Origin: Podospora anserina
Taxonomy: Eukaryota
Assembly (NCBI GenBank): GCA_017654855.1
Contig: CM030338.1
Location: 930,001 to 994,000, forward strand
Length of the DNA: 64,000 nucleotides
Direction of reading: 5' to 3'
The notes under the pieces were generated by a model that saw nothing but the letters and a program-made list of their open reading frames with translations, searched no databases and was not told where the DNA came from. Of the stretch, positions 1 through 11,609 are shown piece after piece. The stretch's first letter is position 1. Every line of letters starts with the position of its first letter. A program made the position numbers and the translations under genes.

Positions 1-3000
1 TAAAAGGACTAGGGTAAGGAAGGGAAAAGGAAGCACTCCGAGATGTTTGTTACCACGTTTAATTTTCATTACTGTCTGTCTGGTGGTCATGACTGGAGTT
101 GTTACGAAACGCAACTACAACGAAACGCAGCTGTAGGTACCTAATGTTATCACACTGATGTAACAAACCTTCAGTAACCAGACTATCTGCTTCCCGCACT
201 ATCTCCATGTGTTGGATATCATTAGCTCTTCCGGTCCCGTCATCTCGAGATGATCTACACACACCAATGCAAGGCAAATCATCACCACATTCATGCCCAT
301 ATCCGCCTCTCGGCCGGGTACTCACTCCGCCCTACCTCCTACATCCCAGCCAATGTTTTGATCTTGGATGCTGTGTCAAGTGACACAACAACGGGGTCTC
401 TACTGCAGAAGAACAAGTTCGTCTCTCTGTGCGGGGGTAGTACTACATGATCAGTTTACAGCATATTCAGGCGTGGCAACATGAGATATAAAGTGCTTCT
501 AGAATAAAAATGTGAAGTGGCATGATTTGTAATTGTTGTACTGCAGGTGCTTTTTGAGAGAAAACACACCTACTTAGTCGCATACGGCTAATGTGTTGTG
601 CTTACCTTACTTGCAGATGGTCTGTTGATGGTCACGGTGACGGGCAGGACGCCGTGCGAGTACCGGTCAGTAGTGTAGATTTAATCTATTTGGTAGATCT
701 GCGGGAGTGAAAGAAGTGAGGGTGAAATCCGGTTTGGTGTTTTAGTTTGGGGTTACATGACAACACTACCAACAAAATGATGAGACCTGCCTGGTGGTTC
801 GTCTTTGTCGAAGAACTAGGAGTTTCAAGGAGTCAAAGGGGATGGTACCTTCCTCCCATCTCTTCCACGGAGAAGTTATTCCGGGCTTGTTTCTCCGTGG
901 AAACACCCAACCCGTCCCATCCATATATCGCGCAGATCAAAGGTATACAGGGCGAGACTCGAGGTAACCTCAAGCTTCCACCTCCACCTACCACAAAAGT
1001 CACGATATCTTCCTAAAATAATTGCCTGCCAGCAAAGCCTCACTCTGTTCACCTTTGGGCGTAGCTAGTGCAAGCTAGCCCGCCCTTCCGCCGATCAGGC
1101 TTGATTTTGCCACCACTGTGATACCCTTCCGTCGTGACCTCGCAGAAGAAGACGCATATGACACAGTACTATCTCTTAAACATGGTCCTCAATCAAGTCC
1201 TGTGATTGAGGACTTTGCAAAAGTGCACATTCAGGGCGCACAGAAACCGTGTCTTGGCCAAAGGCTTTAACCCAGCTGCGGATCACGTCGACGAAGTGTG
1301 GTGATTCACAGAACTGGCGGTCTGGGTGTATTAGACCTATCATGCTTCGAGTTCATCACTCCTTCTATTGAATCCTATCAAGACGAAGCAGAGGGGCATC
1401 AACACACCGCCCCTAAGCCGCCCTTTGTCACGAGGACACCAAAACGCCAAGACGTCGTGATGGCTTCAACTTTCTCCCTACCAAGAAAACTAACAGCAAG
1501 GTACCCACCCACATTTCTTCCCGTCCTAATAACATGACCTAGCTTGTCTACCGTCCCCCGAGAATACATTGCCGCCAACCAAGTGAGACACTCCTCGCCC
1601 TGCTACTACTACAACTACATGTCCCGTCTGTAGATCTATCACCTGCTTTCTTCACCAACCCAGCCGATAAAACTCGGGCAGCCAATATGCATGTTTAGGG
1701 GCGCCCACTCCCGACTGCACCCACACTCCCCGAACCCATACTCATCAGAGGTTCCAGGCGCCTATACGAACAATCCCTTTTTGGGAGACAGCGTTACCCA
1801 ATGATCTGACCCTGTTTCAGCACGGTATCTTTCCCTTACACCACGCCCCTTTTATCTCTTCTTCCCAGTTTCTAGACGTTAATGTCATCCAAAAAAAAAA
1901 AAGAAACCATGATTGCCCCTGCGTCCCCAGGTCGTCCAATGGTTTCCATGTTTGGCACCACCAACCACTTACACCATACATCGGGCACTTCACACCACTT
2001 AAACCTTTCACTTACACCACTCACTCACACCATTCTTCCACCTTTACCCGCACCACCAACAAAAGTACTTCCCACCATCACATCACCACAAATCTAACAC
2101 AGCACAAAACCAATGTGCTCAATAGCCGTTATCCGATCTACGTAAAAATCTTCCCCTTCCATCACGCCCATGATTGTAACCCCATTCCCGGATTCTCCCA
2201 CATAGCAGCCTCCCCAAAACCGGCAAGAATCTGCAACATTTCAAGGCTGACGGCAGCCTCGCGGGATGATCATCACACCCTAAACCAACGACTATCGTCT
2301 GAGCACGTCGTAGTAAAAAAAGAAAAAAAAAGAATGGAGACTGCAAACTACTGGGAATATGGGGCCTGAAAAAAAACAGTGAAGAGTATTCTTCAAAAGT
2401 GCCTTACCTAGTCAGTAAGCGTTCGAAAATGGCTGACCATGACCACCAATGTCATACGGCAACTCTATGAAACTGAGTTCCCTCTTCGGCGTTTCTCTCA
2501 CCTTGATAAGAAAACATCCTTCCTACATTTGAACAAGGGAACAAAATCTTCAGTATAACCAGCATATCTTCACACAGTCGGCGTCAACATCCCTTCTTCT
2601 CATTCATTAACACCAACTACCCATCACACCTATCTATATCCACAGCCCCCATCCCCTTTAACAACCTTTATACCCCCATCTCCCAACACCGAAAAAACCA
2701 AGGGAATCTTGCCACGTATAACCGCCAAACTTTCCAACTCGTCAAATACATCACGCCCCCCTTTCCCCATCTCTACAATCAAACAGTCATCATCCCTTTT
2801 ATATGAAAATAAAAAACGCCGTCCAAGATATGCTGGCTGTGCTGCTTCCTCGCTTTTTGTTTGTAAAAATATGTGTGTCTTTGTATGACCGCTCCCCCCA
2901 CCCAACACCAGAAACCATCTTGTAAAAAAGAGAAAAAAAAACCACGCTCCTATTAACCCCCTCCTGCACTCCCCCACCAACCTGTCTTATCCTTGTCCTT

Positions 3001-3016
3001 ACTCTACCTCGCCCGC

Positions 3017-6000
3017 TCAGTAGATTCCCTGTGTTCTATATTGAAAGGTATCATAACTATTTTGCACCTTTCGTGTCAGTATATTATAGACGATGTAAGG
3101 GTGGCAGCAAAACTCACAGCCTTGTGTAATAACTCCCCAACGACTTCCCAATCAAATCCGTCTCAACAAACTGCTCCGCCTCATCCGCGCTCAGCTGCAG
3201 CTGAAACCTCTGCCTCAATGCCGCCGTGACCTGCGTGACGCCCGCTCCATAACAAGGCATCTTGCTCTCCCGCCCCATCATGCTGACCAGGTCGATGATA
3301 TTATCCGCTGATCGTCGAAGAGCTATTGCCACTTGTTAACATCACCTATCGTCACGATATGCCGATAGGAAACTCACCCTGAAAAGCCTGCTTGCAAAGC
3401 TTCTTAAAATCCTCATAATCAGCCGACCCAACACCCCCCAGCACATCCACATACTCATACGTAAACTTGAAGGGCGCCGCCTCAAACCCAACTGACCCCG
3501 GCGAGTTCGACAGCATGAACCCAAAGTCGATGTGAATAATGTGCCCCTCGTTGTCAATCAGCACGTTCCCGTTGTGCCTGTCCTTGAGCTGGAGCACATA
3601 AGAAATAACGCTGTACGCCGCCAGCGATCTCTTGAAAGCGTCCACGCCAGCCCTGTACCCCTCGCTGTCAGGCTTGCCAAACACTTTCACGAAATGGTCC
3701 TTGAGCGTGGCGATCCTCCTCCTTGGGTTCTGCCCCGACTCGATCGACGCCATCGTCAGGCTGCGCTTGATGGAGTGAAGGGATACGCCGTTGGCAATCG
3801 TCTCGATCAAGCCAGATGATTCTCCCGTCACCAGAATCCGCATGAGCTTCACCCACACCGGCACCCCAGCATCCACCCAGATCTTGTGGCAGACTCGAAT
3901 CAACTGGCACGCAAACGCCTCCTGCCTCAAGTCAGAGCCTGTCTTGATAATGACGCTCATAAGGTCCCAGTTCTTCATCCATCCGTACGGCGAAGACTTG
4001 CGGATCCGCTCCTTCTTCACCTCCCACGCCTCTCCAAAGACCGCCGCGCTGGGATCGTCACGGTCACCCTTGCGCTGAAGACCACCCGTCTTGATGTCAT
4101 TTTCCATCCTGTCAATACCGGCATTGGCGTTGATATTTGCTGGTTCAGGGCCGGCACTGCCTTCGTTTTCCATGTCTGTTGTTCCATTGGCGTTATTATT
4201 GCTGGCCGCAGCAGCGGAGCCCACCTCGCTCTTGGCTATGATGGTGTCAAACGTTGGTCCATGGCCGTCATCCAGATCAAAGCTCTGCTCCTCCAGACTC
4301 TGCATGCTTGCAATGATCTTGGCGCGGATGGCCGCTACTTCTTGTTTTGGACGCTTCCCGCTGGTTGCGTCCAGCTGGGCCAGCATCTGAGATGCCGTTC
4401 GCATATGAATAGCCAGTGCCGAAAAGTCAGGCTGATCGACAGAGTTGTTTCGCGGGTTGCTGATAGTCAAAGTACGGCTTCTAGCCGGAGGACTAGGTGA
4501 CCCAGAGATACTAGTGTGGATAGAGTGTCGAGGCGTTGTCTTGTTGTCTACAGCCCCAGAAACAGCGATATTTGGGTTGCCAACCCGGAGCGATTGAGTT
4601 CTTGGCAATGGCGGTACAGGGCCAAATAGATCGTCATCTAAGGGCTTGAGCATAGGCGAAGCCCCCAGATCTCCAGAAGCTGGCTCGAAAACGCTATCCA
4701 CCACTGGCTCGGCCGGTGGTGTCCGGGAAACGGCAGGTATGCTAGGGGCATCAGATAAATCGAATATTCTTTTCCTCGTCCCCTGCTCGGCCAGTAGAGT
4801 TGTAAGCAGCCTCTGGTTATCCTGGGTGTCAGGATCAAAGGTAAAATCGTCCCTCAGAATTTCCACCATGAGTAGATACGGCACTTTTTCAGCACTGTTA
4901 AGAACTGTTGCCTCGGCCGGGTTCAACCGGACTATTCTGTGGTGGCGGCTTTTCGATGGTGAGCCGTCTACTAGAGTAGGCGGGCACAACACTGGGATAT
5001 CAACCTCGGCAGGCAAGTCCCTGGCGATCAAGGCAAGCTCGGCGCGCAGAGCACTTAGACGAGCCGGCTTAGGCACAATCACCAAGCGGTTCGAGATATC
5101 CTCCAATGCTGTCAAGAAAGCTGTCTGGCAGCGAAAGTAGTTTTGTCTCAAGAGCCGTATTTTTTGCTCATTGGTCATCTCAGCTTGGTTCAGCATGGTC
5201 TTGACGCTGTGCGAATGTTTCCTAGACATGTCGTGCGGTCGTAGGCCAGCTGTCAGGGGCGTGGTGGGTCTGGTAACGATACGAGGTCGAGAATCAGGTA
5301 GCGGTAAGGATGCCGAGCTGATGCGTGCTTCAAGGCTGAGATTTTCCAGACTTTCGACTGGAGCAGGTCGGCTTGGTTTTGGCAATGGCGCCTCTGCTAC
5401 GCTCCCAGACGTACCGGGTCTTGACGGTTTGGTCCTGTGTTTTTTGGGCGAGTTGTTCTGGGAAGTGGGCTGAACCTTGACGTCTGGGGCGCTTGCTATG
5501 CGACTCTCCTTTGCGCGTTTGGACCTGCTACTCCCGGCCGTCACAGTATGCGCTCTAGCAGGCACATTCTTATTCTGAGTCTGAGGAGCAGCGGCGACTG
5601 GCTCGGCGATGCTTTCGATAACAGGGCGTGGTCTTCTCGCTTGCGCAACAGCAAGGGGTCCCGCCCAGCCAGGCAACATGGGCAAAGCAATGCTCGCCAA
5701 CACGAAGCTCCCCAAGACAGTCACCGGCAGTGCATTTTCCACAATCTTTTCCTGTCTCCTAACGTCTGATACCCCAAACACTATGTGTTGCACCTTGTTG
5801 TAGACTCGGCGGCAAGTACTGAAAGCCTCGGTTTGCGGATTCGACGAGAGGTCATGGAGGTAAGTTTGAAACAACCAAAAGGTCTAGCCACGATGGTCAG
5901 TATACCGAGGTTTGCGGTGCATATGCTGAACTAAAGAAACGAACCAGGAGCGCTGCTGTCACCGACTCCTCGCATAGGTCCAGGAGGAATTCCTCCAGAG

Positions 6001-6307
6001 CCATGGACTCATTGTCGACGCTTATAATAAGATGGCACAGTTGCGGCAGGAAGAACTCGATGTCCTCGTAGGGAAATTGGCGAAGCTTGTTGCACAGCAC
6101 ATAGTGAATGCCTATGTGGTCGGCATATCGTCTGCAGAGGTGGGAGGCAAGCGGTCAGCGGTCCGTGACTTTTTTGTATTTGTAACAGCTGTCCTGTCCT
6201 ATGCGCTGGACGCTAGGAGTAACATACGAGAGGTACGACACCGAGAGGAAAGGATTCTGGTTAAAGACATCGCTCTCGAGGAACCGCTGAAGCAAGTCCC
6301 AAGACAT
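3017..6307 (-). CDS. PIK1: Phosphatidylinositol 4-kinase Pik1 (type III beta), 5 exons
   Basis: ATG at 6307 (MSWDLLQRFLESDVF). GT-AG introns 6132-6227, 5884-5944, 3323-3377 and 3057-3117 join in frame. Motifs FFLPQLCHL, LNSAEKVPYLL, KTGSDLRQE, KDRHNGN, IHIDFGF, FEAAPFK. Ends YDTFQYRTQGIY* at 3017. Confidence 0.95.
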
Positions 6308-7065
6308 TGGTTGGGTGGTGTGCGTGTGGTAGGTAAGGATGTTTGCGAAGGACCGGTTCACGCGTTTACGGCGCGGGGGACGAACAGCGGGCAGCGGGCA
6401 GCGGGCCTGGCACTCGGGCAACACGGGGAAACGGGGCGGCGGCGGGCACTCGGTTCGGTGGCAGAGGACGAGACGAGATCAGACGGCGGGGAGACAGCAT
6501 GCTCTGCTCTCGCTCAGTTAGAGTCGGGGTTTGACGTCACGTTGGGATAGAGGTATCAGTTGTAGCATGGCTGCCACACAAAAGAATAGGTAGCTAACTT
6601 GGCAAAAGATGGAGATGTCGGTGATGTCGAAGCTTTCCGACACGACGCTGAGGACAACCGATCCAAAAGCTCCAGTTGGCCAATTCCAGGGGCTCCAGGG
6701 AGCTGCCCCACCTGCCGACGCTCCGGCTCGGCATTTTCCCTGCACCTTCTTTATACGGAGGCTCAACCTTCCCGATGAAGACGGGAGTCGAAAACATATA
6801 AAGGCTTTCCCGGCCGTTCTAAAACTATAAACCGGGAGCATGGTTTCTATGAAATTTTCTTCTCATATAGTCTGGTTACTGCCTCCCTGAACACATCCAC
6901 TATCGACAACCCCAACCCTAACTTTCAATACTCTGTCTCCTACAACAATCTATCTACGCTACGTCACTGCTTCTCAAGGGGTGGGATCCATCGCTCGGCC
7001 TCTGCCGTATTCAACATTAAGAGTTATTTACAATCATCCTTATATACAATAAATACGTCAATGTA

Positions 7066-9158
7066 TCACCACACCGACTGCCTCCTCGGACGTTGCCATT
7101 GGCCTTGTCTTTTTCTCTTCTTTTTTGGTCTGACTCTCTGTAATAACTGTTAGCTCATGTTCACTTCTCAAGCAGTCCAGCCTCAAGCAACTCACCTTGT
7201 ACTTCACTCTCTCGCTACCGTCAGGCATCTGGACAATCTCATGCTGGATATGGTATCCAAACGCGGGCAGCACCTTTGCCCAAATCAGCCAGTATGCCGT
7301 CCCGATCGCCAACAGACTCGTACCCAACGTGGGTACGACGTAGTACGGCAATCTCTCCGTCGTGAACACCTGGTTCGGAATGAACGTCGCCGCCTGCACA
7401 AACAGCAACGACACCGTCCAGAAAATCGTCAACAAGGGCGAGCTCCGGAAGGTAGTCCTCTGCTCCGCCCAACGCTCCGAGGGCGTAAAGTTCAGGTACA
7501 CCAGCCCAACAGCAAGAAGGATCTTGATCCAGTTCGAGCTGTACACGAAGACGTTGGTGACAAAGGTGTACACGTCTGACGTCTGCGAGGCAAGGATGAA
7601 GACTGTTGTCACAATCCAGTGGAGAAAGATGGCACCGGATGGAGCATTGAACGGCCAGTCACTCGCCCAGAACCGTGACCATGGCAAGACACCCTCCTTG
7701 GCCAACTCCTGCTTCACACGAGGCATGGCGAACGACTGGGCAAACACGTTGCCCAGCGAGGAAAACCCGATAAACAACGGCAAAACCCTCTGAACGAAGA
7801 CGCTCTTCCCCCAGACGTTCTCGAAAAACTGAGCAGCGACTACCACTCTCGAATTGGCCATCTGATCTTTCGTCATGGCAGAAAACTGATTCAACCGTGT
7901 TAGTCCCCCTTTTTGATACAAAACAAACCAACAGGGAAATACTCACATAAGCAATATTCGCCAACACATACAACACCGTAACGATACTAATCGCAATGGG
8001 CGCCGCTCTCCTCAACGTGGTCGGCGCATTCCTCACCTCGGTCAACACATAGTTTGCATTCTCCCACCCTCCATACGAGTATAGCACCTGCAACAGCCCC
8101 AACGCATACCCCGCCGCTGTCTGCGCCATTGGCGGACCAGTATCCAGCGTCCTCGCATTCGCAGTCTCCATTTCCGGGCCATTGAAACTCGAAAAGTTAC
8201 TCGGCTCCGGCCTCGGACTGGCCGTCTTTCCCGCCAATGCCGCAAAACCAGTGCAGACTAACAGACTCAGCAACACCAACTTGAAGGCCCCCAACCCGTT
8301 GCTGAGCCAGATACCCCATCTCGGGGCAAAAGCGTGGATGAGACAGACGACCGTGATGGCTGCAACGGCGATGCCTCGGGTGAGCCATTGGCGCTCGTCT
8401 TCGGGGTCGTTGATGTTGGGCTGGAGCTGCTGGCTTCGGAGGTATTCCTCATTGCCGCTGCTGCCTTTGGCGGCGCGGAGAAGGTAGGAGCTGAAGGAAA
8501 TCGAGTTGGCGGTGGAGATGGCGAAGAAGACGAACTGCACGGCGAAGATGCAGGTTGCCAAGTATCTTGGCCGTTGGTAGACGCGCTCGAGGTAGACTTT
8601 TTCGCCGCCGGAGCGGGGGAGGGCGGTGCCGTATTCTAGGTAGACGAAGAGGCTGGGTTAGAGAGGGGTTAGTATTTGACTGCTGAGAGGAGAGGTAAGT
8701 GAGCTTTAGTGGTGTTTGATCATACCCGCTATAAAACATGTCAGTCATCGTCACAAAAAGGGGATCTATAAGAGGGCAGGCAATACACACCAAAAAGTCA
8801 TAATACCCCCCAGCACCCAAAACAGCAACGTCATCCCCACGCTGTTGATACTGAGAATGATACTACTTGGCGTGCTGAAGATGCCGGCGCCCACCACCCG
8901 GTTGATGATTAGGAAAGCGGTCGACCATGTCCCTAGCTTGCGTTCTTCTGGGTAAACGAAGTCGTGGTAATCATCGGAGGAATTGTCGTCGTTGGGACCA
9001 CCGCGGCTGCCGCCGTGACCGTTTCCACCGGGGGAGGAGAGGCCATTGCTGTAGATTGTGCCGCGGTAGGTGTCTAATTCGAGACCGTTGGGGGATTGGG
9101 AGCCGTCGATTCGGTCTTTGGAGGTGATGGGCTGGGTGAAGATCTCTGGTTCTTGCAT
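7066..9158 (-). CDS. APC-family amino acid permease (MUP1-like, high-affinity methionine permease type), includes a 3-nt microexon
   Basis: ATG 9158. Motifs INRVVGAGIFSTPS, YLEYGTALPRSGGEKVYLE, YSYGGWENANYV, ELAKEGVLPWS; many TM segments. Introns 8729-8790, 8653-8725, 7886-7946, 7138-7195. Stop TGA 7066-7068. Confidence 0.9.
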
Positions 9159-11609
9159 TGTGGTTGGACTGGCTGAATTCCTCACCACACACCGAGTGGT
9201 GATGTGGAAGGGAAAGGGGCTGAGCTGAGCCGAGCTGCTGGGGGATTAAGATTGGTGATAAGATTGGGGTGCGAGTAGTGCTCGGTGAACGAGTTGATAT
9301 ATTCGGTAGCCTGCCTGGCCTCTCACTCACTCCCACGTAGGGTGAGTGGTGATGAGGCTGGGTGGTTTAGTGGTTGGAAATGTGGGTTGGGTGAATCTGC
9401 CTGTGTGGTGGTGCTGTGTAGATATGAGCTGGGATCTGGGTCAAGTACACCGTGAGACAAGTGGGCTGAGACAGGTTGTGTCTATCGGCGCTTGTTTCTT
9501 TCTGCCTAGATCGCTAACAAAACTGACGTCAAGTTGCTGGTGTAGTTCGATCCGTCTCTTCTCAATTGAGTCCTCGGTCAAGCAACGAGCCTCACTTTCA
9601 ACATCCTCTGGCTGTGCTGTGGTGTGTGTGCCGGGTATCCGTACCCGCATTCAGTGGCGCGTCCTTCTTGCCCCGTCCTGCAGCAACAAAAGTACAAGAT
9701 GCGATAAGTCTTCGGTTCTTCAAATGGCGGTATCCAAAATGGAAATTATCTTGTTAAAATTCGCTGACAAGGCAGATTTTGTACATTGAAAAGAAAGACA
9801 GGTCGTTGAAAGTGAAAATGAAAATATAGGAGAGAGAGAGAGAAGGCGAATTGATTGATGAGAGGTTCAGCTAGACTAAACCCAGCTCCCCGGTCATGCT
9901 CGAAATCCAGCCAAGCCAAGCCTTCCCGCCTGGCTCCTCTTGTCGGTTTTTTATCACTATTATCATGCTTTTTGGGTTGGGTTGGTTGCAGCAGAGGGGA
10001 CTGCCAGCGAGACGCAGCCAATGATGGACCCTTGTCGACAATTTTTGGATTCTTACCTCTTGGGTGCTTGGTGCGACGCTGGCCTTCCCACGAGATGCAT
10101 GACTTTTTGGGACTTTGTGGAAATGGAACCCAGAGGTTTGGGCCGTGCCGTGCTTGTGATCTGACAGGAGTGTGGAATTTGACCTTGATTGCGGTGATAA
10201 GGTGAGTGAGTTTTGGAATTTGATGTTTTGTCAATGAGTGAGTGTGAATGGATTTCATTCAAAACTCCCAAGTGTAATTACAGCTGCTGCTAGACCCCTA
10301 CTGAAACATCCCAACGGCGTCCAAGCACGCTCGGGTCATCTCTCCCCGCCTCTCATCTCAGCTCCATCCTTATCTTCAACTTGCTCCTTTTTTCAAAATA
10401 TATTATCTTCAGTGTACATATAAAATCCCATGTCTCATGAAACAATCCATTCTTCCATCCCGGAAAATCAGTACCATTATTTGTGCCCCTCCACGCCACC
10501 ATGCCATCTCAAAACTCACCTCACCTCGACAGGGCCACCACATGGCTCGCTTAACATTTTCTTATTATTCGTCCCCTCCTCCCCAGCTGTTCAGATTGAT
10601 CGGCGCGCGCCTCCTCGCGATGGTGCTCCTCGCCCATAGTGGGGCCGCAGGAAAGGACCAGTAACCAGGAACCCAACAACGCTGGTGGCCTGAGACGAAA
10701 CTCATATCATCAAGCACAAGCACGTAGACGAAATTCATGAACTTCTGGATTTGGGCCAGGATCATGATCGACCAGAACTGCTGGTCAAAGAAGTTCCAGG
10801 CTGTGGAACGTCTGGTTATCGAAGAGGAAAGAAACACTTTGCTACCGTCGGGCGGGCAGGCGGGGCGCTCCCGGGCGGGACACTCGCCCGTAATCAGCCA
10901 GTTCAAAATCTGGGGAAGAACCGTTGCCCCGCTTTTCTCCTCTCACAGGCTTTTCGGCTGTTGTTGGTTTTGTTGACCGAGGAGTTTGAAATACTGCAGA
11001 ACACCGCCTCATCTTGTGGAAGTCGGTAACTGAGTTTGGTAAAGCTTTGATCTATCGTTCAGGTTTAGTGTAGGATTTCTTGACTCAGGTTTGGACATTT
11101 CCTGGAGTGCTGGGACGGAAAAGGCTGTGCCGCTTTTGCCTTTGACGGTGATTTTCGTCGGGGGGGGTTGTTGATGGGTAGGAGTTTTCGTCCCATGTGC
11201 AAAGATATTAGCAGGATCGCTATTGTCATTGCTCCTGTAAGCTGCTCCCATCGTTCGACTTGCTTCGGCTTGTACCCGATCATTCACACAGACATTGCTC
11301 CCGCCTGTAGTTATATACCTGAATCTTAGATTTCATAAGTAAATTGCAAAAAATGGTATAGTATGTTATGGTATCGTACCCCAACCTGACCTTATGAACC
11401 CCCGTCCCATCTGTGCCTATACAAGATAAGAGAAAATCCATCGCTATCTCTCGTCCGATGTATATATACCATCCCCTTGGATAGGCCGACTCTGTTCATA
11501 ATATATGACGTTTCACATGATGTATGTTCCTTCCGTCTCTCTGCTGCTTTGTACCTCACCGTGTTCATATACCCCCCCACGCTCGGACGATTTGTTGCCC
11601 CTAATCACA

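Noticed and set aside
2400-2560. Segment resembling antisense to SSU rRNA (CTTGATAAGAAAACATCCTT) with nearby splice-like signals
   Set aside because: The match is gapped, and there is no coherent C/D or H/ACA box arrangement or intron context.
8726-8791. Stwintron reading of the permease double intron
   Set aside because: Removing the first intron would leave only a poor GCGGGT donor and shift the frame; the microexon model keeps the frame.
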